Part shown: piece after piece, positions 51,283 through 63,624 of the stretch
Layout of the letters: each line of letters opens with the position of its first letter
Position numbering within the stretch: position 1 is the stretch's first letter
Assembly (NCBI GenBank): GCA_013265495.1
Contig: MU057781.1
Coordinates: 436,001 to 500,000 of the forward strand
Source of the DNA: Vicugna vicugna
Taxonomy: Eukaryota
Length of the DNA stretch: 64,000 nucleotides
Direction of reading: 5' to 3'
The notes under the pieces: generated by a model
Told to the model about the DNA's origin: nothing
The model's input: only the letters and a program-made list of their open reading frames with translations
Database searches by the model: none
Position numbers and translations under genes: made by a program

Positions 51283-51772
51283 TGATAAAAGAAATGTTCA
51301 CATATTGAGATACAGGGAAGTCATTCTGGCTTGAATTTGATGCTAACACAGCCCGTCTGCGGACTGTCAAACACACACTGTCCATCTGCTTTAATTATTA
51401 AAGAAAGGGCGCACTGACCAGAAGTAAAAACACCCGTGGTAAAAATTAAGATTAAACGCCCCTCTCCCGGGACGCCGGCGCTGGGCCTCCCTTGATGATA
51501 AGACTCCCTTCCCGGGTGCCCAGGCCAAGGCCACGCTGACTCGCCGTGGGCGTGCTGGTTTGGGCCCTTTTTTTTTTCTGAAACCCTGAAGAAATGTACC
51601 CCTGATTTGTTTAACGTTCGTTGCTCTGACAAGACATAAAACTGAGAAACTGCTTCTCCAGAGCAGCTCCTCAGAGTAATTTAGGAAGCTGGCTTCCAGG
51701 CTCAGCCTCAGTTTGGCTCAGATAAAACTCTCTTCTGTTCTTATTACTGATTGTTGATTATTTTCGTCCACA
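51283..51772 (+). mobile_element. Solo ERV1-type LTR (490 bp)
   Basis: Begins TG (tgataaaag) and ends CA (ttttcgtccaca), flanked by the 4-bp direct repeat AAGG (51279-51282 / 51773-51776). TATA-like cataaaa at 51635; polyA-signal-like gataaa at 51721 after cagtttggctca. Confidence 0.75.
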
Positions 51773-52389
51773 AAGGCCGCTGAAAATTCATGAAACATTA
51801 GCGCTGGAGTGGCCAGAGAGCCAACCAAGTTGGAAGAAATCTGATTATCAAATCCTACTTTGTATACTTTTTAAAGTTGTGCATACACTAAGATAACTTT
51901 ATTTGCATACATCACCAAAATTATGCATTATTAAATTGTGCATATATGTATGCATATGTAATAAAAGTATTTCGAGACAAAAAATCTCTTGCGACTCTAA
52001 GATTATATTAAATGCCTATTTTAAAGTGGGAAGCTGTCTGCTGTTTCATCTCGTGTCACTTACTCCCGCTCCGTCTTTCTCTCCTCCACCGCCACCCCTC
52101 CCCACCTCGGCTCCCGCCACACCCCAGGTAACCAGTGCCATCTCCGGGGCGAGGGGCGTAGGCAAGGGGTGACAATCTTTATTTTTAAATAATAGAATTG
52201 TATATTGGATTCCTGATTTTTCGAACCATCATACCAAAAAGTCCATCGGACTCATTTCCCCAGTTGACTGACGTGTATTTTAAGTGAAATTGACCACAGA
52301 GGTGGCATCTTGCAGGCCCAGCCAACTCAGCCCTGATCACCAGCCTGGGCTGCTCTGTGTGGCCAGCAGCCACTGTTCCACAGAGCCCG

Positions 52390-52618
52390 GTGTGTAAACC
52401 CAGCATCAGGAATCAGATTACTGGAAACTGCTTTCCCCTCTGCCAGGCACTGTGTGACATCAAGCAAGTTAATTAACCTCTCTGAGCTTCAGTTTCCTCG
52501 TCTGTAAAATAAGAGAGAACATAGGACTTAACTCGTAGGAGAGTCCCAAGGATTAAACAGCATCCCTCTTGAGCACAGTCTCCAACACCAGCACTCCTCC
52601 ATAAATGCTAGTTGCTGT
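52390..52618 (+). mobile_element. MIR
   Basis: Core ctgtgtgacatcaagcaagttaattaacctctctgagcttcagtttcctcgtctgtaaaat; ends ataaatgctagttgctgt. Confidence 0.85.
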
Positions 52619-52777
52619 GGGGGAGGGTGGAGCTCAGGGGTGGAGCGTGCGATCAGCGTGCTTCAGGTCCTGGGTCAATCCTCTGCCCCTCCATCCAGAA
52701 GAAAAATTTTTTAGTGAATAAATAAATAAACCTAATCACCTCCCCCACCCCTGCAAAAGGAGACTAAATAAACAAGA
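52619..52777 (+). mobile_element. tRNA-Ala-derived SINE (camelid vic-1-like), diverged copy
   Basis: ggggagggtggagctcaggggtggagcgtgcgatcagcgtgcttcaggtcctgggtcaatcc plus the tail aataaataaataaacctaatcacctcccc. TSD gctagttgctgtgg / gctagtcgctgtgg (52778). Confidence 0.8.
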
Positions 52778-54636
52778 GCTAGTCGCTGTGGCGGTTGGAT
52801 TCTCTTATCTTCACCTGTGCAGATAGAGAGCCCCTTTGATGATTCATGGAGAAAATTAATTGTTCCAAAAAGGTTTTCTAAATTGTTTGTTGGTAGACAT
52901 ATTGTTTCCTACTGCAGTGGCGGGTGTTTTCAACTTAGAACAAGGAACACAAACTAGTTAATTAATACGTGAAATAACTGTGCACACGTCTCTTCTTTCT
53001 GGAGATTAAGACACTAAGTCACGAGACGGAATAAAGAACAGAAGAGGACACTGAGAAGGCAGAGGCACCTGTGTGACAGAGGCCACCGCCAGGCGCCAAA
53101 CTCCCAACACCCTGTCCAGCGGGGGGTGTTCTAGGCGAGAGGCGGGAACCCGCAGCCCAGAGAAGAGTTGGAGCCCAGGCAGCCGGACCAAGGCTGCTCC
53201 AACAGGGGTCACAGCCATCCGCCCAGTCTCCTGGCTGCCCTGCTTGCTGGCCAGAGACCTTCTGGGGCCGGTGTCTGCCCACAAGCAGGCGGCCTTGACC
53301 TTGTTTATGAAAAGCTCCTGTTAGCAGACACTCCCTGGCTGGAGTGTCCACTGGTGCTCAGGACAGGACTCGAGGCCTAATAGCTAGATGGTCATCACAG
53401 GCTGAAGGCTCTGAAGGAGAGGCACCACTGCTGTCCCCAGACCCCGAGTGGACGGAGCCCACGGGCCGGGCAGCCTGCAGCCAGTCTCCGAATCCTGCCC
53501 ACACCTGCGAGGGGCCTGGAAACGCTGCCGCTTGATCCAATGTCACTCACGAGCCCCCGAGGAGCGCAGGCGACCGGAGCCTGAGAAGAGGCCCCAGCTC
53601 TGACTCCCTCCGGGGGTGGCCTGGAGCAAAAGCTGCTCATCACACTGGGCCAGGGCGGGGCCAGGGGGCCTGGTGGGGGCTGCTCTCAGGGGCTGATGAG
53701 AGGCCCTCGGGCTCCAGGTCCTGGGCAGGCGTCTCGGCCATGTCCCCCTCCCCTGGGCATCGGAAGGCTCACACAGAGTGAAGTCAATGCCAAGAGCTAA
53801 GTAAACGTTGGGGTTGTAATTATAACGGTTCCTTATCAAATTAAACACCCGTGTCCACAGTAGCAAAGCTCTGCGGGGCAGAGCAGGTCGGGGCGTCCGT
53901 GCTCATTAAAAATTCCAAGTGGCTTTGCATCATTTTGCTGAACGTTGCATTAATTCTTGCCTTTTCTCTCCTCATTAAATTCTATTCCTGGAGCTCTTAT
54001 TAGCTCCCCGGTCTCTCCCTGATTAAATAATGACCCAGGATCACTTGTTCTAGCGTCTCCCGTTTTCACCACACACCCAGCCCAAGGCTCCCCAACTCGG
54101 GACGCCTCCATGTTTGCCGTTGGTGCCGCTGGGTCGGCAGCATCTCGCCATCAGCCCCATTTGTGTGTGTGGACTACACCTCTCACGGCACTTATTAAAA
54201 CTTGTGACTTTTGGTGGGGGAGAAAATTCGTTTTTACAAATAACTAGGTTGGAATTTGATCTTCCTGCAGTAAGAGGACACTAATGACACCCATTCCATC
54301 AGCCCAGGTCTCATCTTGAAGTTGGGGACATGACAGGGAGCTACTCTCTCTGACAGCAGCGAGGAAGCCCGTCCCCTGGCTTCTTCCTTTGAACTGGGCT
54401 GAAGCCACCTCATTACCTGTGGGTGAGCAGCCACACGACCTGTAACAGGGTGTCTGTCTTCCCACAGCCCCTAGCCATGATCCTGGGATTCTCTCACCAT
54501 GCACAGGGTGGCCTGACTCCCCCATCATCCTGGGGTTCTCCCAGCGCGCACAGCAGTGGCTGGACCCTCACTGGAGGTGGAAATGCAGAGGCTCCCTGGC
54601 CTTCTGTAAAGAGAGGGATGAACTCTGTCTCCTCCT

Positions 54637-54830
54637 AGAGTATATCACCCAATACAGTAACCATCAGCCACATAAGCCATTACACTTAAATTTAAATTAA
54701 TTAAAATTAAATAACATTTAAAACTCAGTTTTTCAGCCACACTAGCCACATTTCAATAGCACCATGTGGCCAGTGGCCACTTTATTGGACAGTGCAGACC
54801 TAGAGCATTTCCTCTTCACACGAAATTCTC
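54637..54830. mobile_element. MER3-like hAT-Charlie MITE
   Basis: ttaaatttaaattaattaaaattaaataacatttaaaactcagtt...cacactagccacatttcaa...catgtggccagtggccactttattggacagtgcaga. Confidence 0.85.
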
Positions 54831-57525
54831 TTCATCCTAGGGGTAAAACTCTGATTCTGACCTCCGGGCCGCACCCTCCCAGTCTGCGTATGAAGGCCAT
54901 CTCAAGGATCAATTACTTCACATCTGCTCAGAGGCCCCCAAGCACTGAGCAATTCCAGAAGCAAGAGGAGAAACTCCAGAGGGCTCCCGCTTCCTGCCTG
55001 CATGCTCAGTGGACATTTCCCAAACATCCCCGTGTGTAAGCAGCAAATGAAGCCACAGCCGTGATGGCGTCCCGGGAAAACAGAGGGCAGCTTGAGAAGG
55101 GAGTGACACTGCCGGTCCCACTGCTGGGGCGTAATCTCAGATGACATAAACCCATATTTACTAATTAAAGTTTCAGCATTGTCCATTTAAGTCACGGAGT
55201 TGACTTTTCACCTCCTAAAGCCTTCATAATTGCTTCAATAACTATGCTAGAACTTTATCTCCGTTGAAATTGTCTTTTTTTGCATCCTATTAAAAATGTT
55301 AAGAAGCTATATTGAAGACCTTACCTTGCAATTAAGTTGAACCAACTACATAAATCAACACTGGCTCTTAGTCCATTCAAGGGAAAAATCTGAATTACTG
55401 CTAATTTAATAAATATTTTAAAAGTCTGAGCAGATGAGCATTTGATTGCTGTCCGAAATAAGCATATTTGATCTATGGCGATAAACAAGTGAGACATTAC
55501 CCGAAAAGCCCTGTGCTGGGGTGGGGAGGTGGGGAGGTGGGGAGGGAAGGAGGGTGGGCTGGGGCCTGGGCTAGGCCCAGGGGAAGAGGGGGTCGCGGGA
55601 TGGGAAAGGCAACAGGAGTGCACCTGACAGGACCAGGCTTCAGGAGTGTGCATCCCAGGTGTCTATTTTTTCTTTCTTATTTACGAGCACAGGAGCTCAT
55701 CTGAGCGGCATTTTTAAAGAGCTGCCCTCCTGCCCTTTATCAGCAACGTCCCTGAGAGGTCTGTGTGGGTCAGCTCCGCATTCTCAGCAGTGGGGCTTCT
55801 CCCTTCCCCAGACAGGACGTGGAGATGGTCCGTAAGAGGTAAACGTGAGCCTTAAGGCCAAAGTCCAGGTCAGTTCCCAAACAAAACTTTCAATGCTCTC
55901 AGATTGTCACATCTCAAAATAACACTGCCAGTTGGTTTAGATTGGAGAAACAGGGGACTTCCTCCAGGCTGGAGGGACGGGGACCGGCATGAGCAGGCCT
56001 GCCCAGCTCGGGGCCCACATCCATCACCTGCAGGAGGAAGGCTCTCAGACACTGAACCACTCACCTAAGGTCGCCCAGGGAGAAGCGGCAGGACCCGATG
56101 CCCACTCCAGGTCGGGCGACACCTCTCAGGCTCCTTGAACTTTCTCCAAATTCAGAAGCAAGTGAACAGCACACCATGGTTCTGGGGTGTGACCTGCCTG
56201 CCACAAGCAGAAAATACTGTACAAGTTTTACTCACTATTTTTTAACTTCAGTATTTCACCCTACCTGTGATACACTCATTCATCTCGACAAAGAAGCACT
56301 GCTAAGTGAGGTGCCATGGAGTAAGATGGCGCTCCAGGAAGACACGTGGTTTTCACCCAGTGTGCTGCGTGCTCTGGGACCCGGCGATGGAGGGAGCCGC
56401 CCAGCCTGAGAAGCTGAGACTGGAACTCTGCCACGCAGTGGAGAACTGGCCAAGGACAGCTTTTCTTCCCTGAACACTTGCCCTATTAAGGATGAGGCGG
56501 GGGCAACTCCCACATCAGAGCGTCTGTCCTCACCCACACGGCCCACTGCTCACGGGCAAACTCCACTGCTGTCACATGTGCTGCTGGCGGGACAGCCCGG
56601 GACTCAGCCTCCACCACCGTCGACACTCGTGATGCAGTGTCCAGCCAATGGCAGCGATGAGCACCACTCCCAGCCGGCGTCCAGCCCTCAGTACCTTGCA
56701 AATGAACCCAAACTCCTCGCATATTGTTATTCATATTATTTATGAAGCCTCATTTTTCCAAATCAAGTGTTTTTTCCTCAACCCTGACATATTGATCTAA
56801 AATGACAAGCGCTGAAATGGGGACTCAAACTGAGATCCCGAGAACAGAGACGTGAGTCCTCGGGTCCAGCAGTAGAAGTTGCTGGAGCCTTTTTGAAAAC
56901 TGTGTGTTTAGAATACCAGATAACTGAGAGAAGTTAAGGAAAGGTAGTAACATGTAATGAGCTACCACTGGTGCTTCTTAAAATCATCTTCATCATAGGA
57001 ACTCGGGTGAGACTGCAGAGCGCTGGTGGGTGTCACGTGTTCACAAGGTGGGACATCCCTCGCTGGTTCTGCTGCCGGTGTTAAAGCCCCTCCCAAGCCA
57101 AGTCTAACACAGGGGAGAGCAGGTAGGCTGGTGGGGGCAGTTCCCCGCTCAAGCCCCTGGGCCAGGTCCATGCAGGGCCTGCTCCCGTCCCCAGTGTAAT
57201 ATGACCCCCTCCCGCACGCCAAGTCCTGGGGAGACTTCGAGGCTCCAGGCCCACAGGTAGGGCCTTACTGAGGGGTCCTCTGTCCCCACCAGGCAGAATT
57301 GGAGACGCAAAGGCCCACCTGGCCCTGTAGATGCTCACGGCCTGGAGGAAACCACCAGTCTCTGTGCTTGGACTCAGGGTATAATGGCCATCGCCTCACC
57401 TCTAGTTGTCCAAATAACGTCTTCTCGGAACCCCAGCAGCTCCGCCTGGTGATGCTGGTGCCCTGCCCTCAAATCCAACCTGGGAGAGAGAACCCAGGAG
57501 GCGGGGTTTCTAAATCCACCTGCTG

Positions 57526-57853
57526 TACATGAACATACATATATTCACATCTTTTTCGCTGTGAGCTACCACAAGATCTTGTATCTATTTCCCTGTGCTG
57601 TACAGTATAACCTTGTTTATCTGTTCTACATTTTGAATTCCCAGTCTGTCCCTTCCCACCCCCCGCCCCCTTGGCAACCACAAGTTTGTATTCTATGCCT
57701 GAGTCTGTTTCTGTTTTGTATTTATGGTTTTTTTAGACCCCACATATGAGTGATCTCATATGGTATTTTCCTTTCTCTTTCTTTTTGTGCTCTACACTGA
57801 AATTTGACACAAAATCGTAGAATGACTATTCCTCAATTAAAAAAAGTTTAAAA
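57526..57853 (+). mobile_element. Young L1 3' end with a 5' inversion
   Basis: 57526-~57785 is antisense L1 3' UTR; ~57786-57853 is the sense extreme 3' end plus A-tail. TSD aaatccacctgctg (57512) / aaatcacctgctg (57854). Confidence 0.8.
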
Positions 57854-58853
57854 AAATCACCTGCTGCTGCCCCATGCTGCCACCAGGTGTCACTGTGGCA
57901 ACAAGGCCTCACGGTCCACTGCGGCCGGGAGCCCTCTGGGGCCCCTGGATGCCAGGTAGCCCAGGCCCTAGGGTTCCCAGTCCTCTCTGACCATCAGCCA
58001 CTTTCCCACGGCACGCCGTGTCATCACACTGCCCAGGCCAGCCTCTTCCTCTGCTGGCTGGGGCCCTCCCGCCTGGGGATCTAAGTGGGGGCCTCCCATC
58101 CACAGAGAAGGCAGCAGGCTGAGCCTCGTGACCTGAGCCCTGTCCTGCCAGAGCCCCACCTGCACATAGTGGTGGCCCTACACCCAGGTCCAGGGCAGGG
58201 GGCTTGGTCAGCCTCGGGGATCCCCGGACCCCCCAGTTGTGTGATCAGGAGGGCAGCTCGTGGGCGTGACCTGGTCCAGAAAGGGTGGTGCCTCATTTCA
58301 CCCGCTGCAGGTGGGGTGCTCGTCTGAGGCCTCCCAGCTCCGGCAGGTGGCGGTGGTCGGCTCCGCACAGGACGGTCCAGTGGCTGCTGGGAGCTCCGTC
58401 CTGAGCCGGGCGAGGTGGGGCCCAGGCCCGGGACACGCGGAGGCTCCGAGCCCCTCGCCAGGTGAGAGTGAGGGGCTGGCTCAGGACCTGGGACTCCTAC
58501 CCAGGGCCCCCCCCAAGGACACGCCTCCCCCGGCTGCTCCTCCCCGGCTCCTCCCAGGCTCCCTCCCTGTCCTAGGAAACGCGATCTGAACGAAAAGGGA
58601 GCCTAGAACATGGCAGAGAGGGAGACCCAGCCGGCGGTGCGGCCCAGGGCCAGGGGACAGGCAAGGGCCTCAGTGCCTCATCCCTGAGAAGGGACGGTTC
58701 ACGATGATGAAGACGGACAAGGGGGTGATCCTGGAAAATACAGCCGGGAAGTCCTGGCAACGCCAACAGCACACTGTCCCGTTTTCCACGAATTGGCAAA
58801 AGCCCAGCAAACCAGACGCGGCCAGCTCCCCAGCCTTTAAACGAGGAGCAAGG

Positions 58854-58867
58854 GCGCCACCCTGTGG
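58854..58867 (-). promoter_or_regulatory. CTCF-like motif
   Basis: Reverse complement CCACAGGGTGGCGC versus core consensus CCASYAGRKGGCRS. Confidence 0.4.
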
Positions 58868-58934
58868 CGGTCCTCTCCCCAGGGGTCCGCGGTCACTTCT
58901 CGGGGCGGGCTCAACGTCAGGGTTTCTGCCTCTT

Positions 58935-59365
58935 CCCTCTAACTGCATGCATCTGGTGGAGCTTGTGGTGCTAAGCGAGGGAAGCTGGGAAGAGGAGGAA
59001 AAATGCCACATGGTCTCACTTGCATGTAGAATCTAAAAAAATAAGACAGATGGACTTATTTACAAAACAGAAACAGACACACCAACGTAGAGAACAGACT
59101 TACGGTGACCAGGGGGGAAGAGGGCGGCAAGGGGTAAACTGGGAGTTCAGGATTTTAAGATAAGCACTGCTGCATGTAAAGCAGATGAACAGCCGAGTCC
59201 TACTGTGCAGCGCAGGGAACTACGCTCAATACCTTGTGACGGCCTGCAGTGCAAAGAGTATGAAAGGGAGCCTGAACACGTGCAAAGCCGAAGCACTGTG
59301 CTGTGCACCAGACAGTAACACACAATGTAAACTGACTCTACCGCGGCTAAGAAACAAGTAAAATC
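58935..59365 (+). mobile_element. Lineage-specific L1 3' UTR
   Basis: atgtagaatctaaaaaaa...ttatttacaaaacagaaacagac...gtcctactgtgcagcgcagggaactacgctcaataccttgtga...gctgtgcaccaga..aacacacaatgtaaactgactctac. Confidence 0.85.
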
Positions 59366-61074
59366 ACTATTTATTTGGGAGGCCGGGACGTCCACACCCC
59401 CCACCCAGCACGCACACCCCCACGTCCTGCCGGAAGGGCCGGGGGAGCCGGGCGGTCAGCGGACAGCCTCCCAGCCGCCCCTGCCCTTCCTGCTGCTCCG
59501 GGGCCTGGACCTGCCCCGCCCTGGCCGAGGGCTGTCGTCTGAGGGAGACTGCGGGTCTCCTCCCCAGTGTTGTGCACAGCACTCCCAGCACAGGTCCTGG
59601 AGGCCAGACGGTGAAAGGGGCTGGGCAGCGGGAGGGGCTGTCTTCTCCTGCGGAGGCGGGTGCCAAGACCCCCAGTCAGGCAGAGTGTCCCGAATCCAAA
59701 TGACTTAGAGCTGGTCACATGCCCCGCCCAAAAAGGATGTTTTGTTTCTTTGGGGGACAGGCGATGCCAGGCTTTATCCCCTGTCCCTGCTGTTGGCATG
59801 ACTCCTGTCCTCTGAACCCCCAGTCACCTTCCCCCCGGCAGTGGTGGGCATCAGCAGGGAGCCTTCAGCAGAGGCTCCACCTGGGACCTTAATTAAGGAC
59901 GTTGTCCCCTTCCCGCCCAGGCCCAGGGTCAGTGATGGGGACCCTCTCCCAGGGTGGCCGTGAGGACCCAGGAAATGAGGCGGCAGAGCCTGCAGGGAGG
60001 GGCTGGCTGGGGAGCACGTTCCCCTCCTGGCCCCCAGGAGCAGGGGTGCTGGGCCCCAGGCCCGAGGGTGGCACCCGAGGGGGTTGAATTGGATCCCCTT
60101 CCTGTGGTCAGAGGAGATGGCATTCGCTGCTGCCCTGTGGCTGGGAGAGGGAGGGCACTGCAGACCCCCCCCGGGAGGGGGTTCAGCTGGGAGGGGAGAC
60201 GAAGGAGCACCTTCACCTGCTCCGACTCAAGGTCCCTCGGCCCTGAGACCCGGGGCAAGTTCTTCCCCTCTAGCTGTGCCTCAGTTTCCTCACCTACAAA
60301 AGGGGTCAGAGGAGCCCAAATTAAGAAAACTTTGAAAGGAAATCAGACACATTTGTGGTCCCTGGTGTTTGTCTGACTCTAGAATGGACTAGACTGTGCT
60401 CAAATTAACTTTCTATCGAATGTGCTTTGACATCCCCCGTGGCCCTTGTCGCTCACAGCAGGTTTGACGGCTGAACTTGTACGTGTGTTTGCCTCCTTGG
60501 TACACAGCCTGACCGTATATGAGTTCATTCTCAACCCACGCCGGGGGCAGGGGTGGTTGGGAGCCTGGGTCAGGACCCCAAGCCACCGGGCTGGCGTCAC
60601 AGGCCTCTGGCACTGCGCTCCATTTCTGCCGAGGCCCTCTGTCAGTTTCTTTATTACAGCGTGCCTCTCCGGATGTCCCTGGAGTGGATACGTGTGTCCA
60701 TTCCCCGCCAGATCGGGCCCAGCTCCTTGAGGGTGGAGACCCCTCCCCACCCGTGGGCTCCAGTGCAGAGCTCGGGCTCAGGTCATGGCAGGGCTGAGCT
60801 GCTGTTTGAAAATTCCCGCCACCGCCACAGAGTCACCCAGGGAAGGACCCGCCTCTGTCCTGCACGGCGGGCTGCTCGGGGGAGAGGAGGAGTCTGGGCT
60901 GGGGGGAAGAGCAGAGCTGGCACAGAAGCTGAGTGGCTCTGCAAGAAGGGCCTGGGAGAGGCGGGGTGGGGTGTACGCAGCCCCAGGCGAGGCTGGCACT
61001 TTGCAGGGAGAGCAGACCAGCCGGGAAGCCCGTGGTCCTCAGCAATCTGCTGCCTCCGAGGGAGGTGACACCCC

Positions 61075-61110
61075 ACCACAGACACACACATACATATACA
61101 CACACACACT
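61075..61110. repeat. Imperfect (CA)n/(TACA)n microsatellite
   Basis: accacagacacacacatacatatacacacacacact. Confidence 0.7.
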
Positions 61111-61709
61111 CCCACTGTCACCCCAGCCCACCCTCTGAGGCTGGGAGGACACCACACAGGGGTGCCACCCCATCCACCCAGGAGCCCGGTTACCACCCTG
61201 GACCCAACCGTCCCTGCCTTGTGAGCTTTGGCCACATGAGGCCATCAGCTCCTCCCTCCCTGGCCCCAGCTGGCCCAGGGGTGTTGGTCCCCGAGGGTCC
61301 TGGTCAGGTCACCCGTGTCCCAACCCTCCCTGCAGCCCTGTCTCGTGATAGGAGCTCACCTGCACCCTCCTTAGTTTTTATGACTTCTCAAATGGTTTTT
61401 CAAATACATCCTCATCTTCAAGGTGTCCAAGTTCCACACTGCATGTAATAGAAATGCAGCAAAGAAAAGGGGCTGACATACAAAAGGAATTTTTTTTAAC
61501 TTAAAATCTTCACTGAAGATGCTCAGAAAGCATCATGGAGGCCCATGCCGCATGGGAATCCTCTCTGCCTGCCTCCCCACTGCCCAGGGCGCCTCTTTCC
61601 AAGCTTCACCCAGATTCACACACTCTGCCGGGGTAGCTGCGGTCCACCGGCTTCCTCCTCTGTGTCCAGATCCACCCGTTTCTCTGGATGTTGATCCTTC
61701 CCACAGCTG

Positions 61710-62152
61710 ACTCTGGTCAGTTCACAACAGGTCCCAGAGATACAGGACCAGGTCCTAATCCCTGGAACCTGTGACGTGAGCTTATTTGGAAAAAGGGATT
61801 TTGCAGGTGTGTTTAAGCTAAGGCTCTTGAGATGAGTCCATCCTGGGTTACTGGGTGGGTCTTAAATGCCATCGCAAGTGTCCATGTTGGGGAGAAGCCG
61901 AGGGAGACAGACGCACAGGGGAGGCTGTGGGGGACAGAGGCAGAGATGGAGGTGGGCAGCCCCTGGAGCTGGGAAAAGAGCAGATTTTCCCCTCCAGCCT
62001 CCAGAGGGAGCAGGGCCCTAGCGGCACGTGATTTTGTCCCAGTGGCACTGATTTTGGACTTCTGGCCTCCAGAGGCATGGCAGAACAAACCCCTCCCGCT
62101 GTAAGCCCCCAGGCTTGTGGCGGTTTGTTCTGGGGCCACAGGACACTCACAC
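61710..62152 (+). mobile_element. MLT1C-like LTR, near full length
   Basis: gtcctaatccctggaacctgtga...ttatttggaaaaagggattttgcaggtgtg...ttttggacttctggcctccaga...ttgtggcggtttgtt...acaggacactcacaca. Confidence 0.88.
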
Positions 62153-62169
62153 ACCAACCTGCCTAATGT

Positions 62170-63475
62170 CTCCGGGCTCCTTCGTGTATTTTGGATACAA
62201 GTCCTTGCAGACATGTTCTCCCAGTCTGCAACTCGCCTTTTCTGTTCTCCGAACAGCGTTTTTTCACAGAGTAGAATTTTTTTTTTATTCCAGTGAAGCC
62301 TGACTTACACACTTTGCTTTCATGGATTGTGTCTCTGGTGCAGAATCTAGAGACTTGTCAGCAAACCAAGGTCTCCTGCCTCCTCTTCTACGTTATTTTC
62401 TGGGAGTTTTGCAGTTTCGTGTTTTGCATTAAGGTCTGTGATCCACATCGAGTTCATTTTGTGAGAGTGTCAGGTCTGTGTTGAGATTCATCCTTTCGCA
62501 TGTGGATGTGCAGGTGTCTGAGCAACATCAGGCGAACACCGTCTCTGCTCCATGGGTTGACTGCTTTTGCTCCTCCGTCAAAGATCAGTCAGCTATGGCT
62601 GCGAGTCTAGTTCTGGGCTCTCGGGTCGTTTCCACGGACACATTTGTCTTTTCTCTCACCAGTGCTGCACAGTCCCGACTACTCCAGCTTTATTTTCAGT
62701 CTTGAAGTCGAGCAGAATCAGTCCTCCAACTTTGTTCTCCTTCAGTGTCGTTCTGGCTGCTCTGGGTCCTTTTCCTCTACATATAAACTTTAGAGTCAGT
62801 TTGTCGATGTCCACACAACAACTCAACAGGACTTTGAATGAGCTTACGTTGAATCTATAGATTAAGTTGGGAAGAACTGACATCTTGACAATACTGACTC
62901 TCCCTATCCATGAACATGGACTATCTCTCCATTTATTTAGGGCTTCTGGGACTCCAGTCATCAGAGTTTTGTCATTTTCCTCATGTAGCTCTTGGATATA
63001 TTTTTTAGATTTATACCTAAGTAGTTCCCCTCCCCCCTCTGGTGCTAATGTAAACAGTGTTTGCTTGTCATCTCAAATCCCACTTGTCATTAATGGTTTA
63101 CAAGAAAGCAACTGACTTTTGTATGTTAACTTTGTATCCTGCAGCCTGGCTGTAATCGCTTAATATTTTATTTGCTTAATAATACCAAGAGTTTTTTGGT
63201 GAATCCTTTCAAGTTCTCTACATAGACAATCGTGCCGTCTAGGAACAAGAAGAGTTTTGTTTCTTCCTTCCCAATCTGTATCCCTTTATCTCCTTTTCTT
63301 GGCTTTCTGTGCTAGCTAGGACTTTCACAACGATGTTGAAAGGAGTGATGAGCAGGGCATTCTTGCTTGTTCCTAATCTCAGGGGGATATTTTCTTGTTT
63401 CTCACTATTGAATGTGACATTGTCTGTAAGGTCTTTGTAGATGGCCTTTATCAAGTTGGGGAAGTTCCACTGTAT
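62170..63475 (-). mobile_element. Old L1M ORF2 fragment
   Basis: Minus ORFs 62656..62961 (NKWRDSPCSWIGRVSIVKMSVLPNLIYRFN...NKVGGLILLDFK) and 63239..63454 (IKAIYKDLTDNVTFNSEK...QEKEIKG) resemble L1 ORF2. Confidence 0.93.
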
Positions 63476-63515
63476 TGAATATACACTAAGTTATGATTAG
63501 AAGTTCCCATTTTTA

Positions 63516-63624
63516 GGGGGGAGGGTGTAGCTCAGTGGTAGAGCATGTGCTTAGCATGCATGAGGTCCTGGATCCAAGCCCCAGTACCTCCATTTAAAAA
63601 AACAAAAATAATAAATTTTTAAAA
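63516..63624 (+). mobile_element. tRNA-Ala-derived SINE (camelid vic-1-like), younger copy
   Basis: ggggggagggtgtagctcagtggtagagcatgtgcttagcatgcatgaggtcctggatccaagccccagtacctcca plus an A-rich tail. TSD core agaagttcccat at 63499 and 63625. Confidence 0.9.

Noticed and set aside
63516..63592. tRNA-Ala(AGC) gene
   Set aside because: The T-arm/B box is degenerate (ggatccaagcccc), the 5' end has extra Gs, and the A-rich tail plus TSD indicate a SINE.
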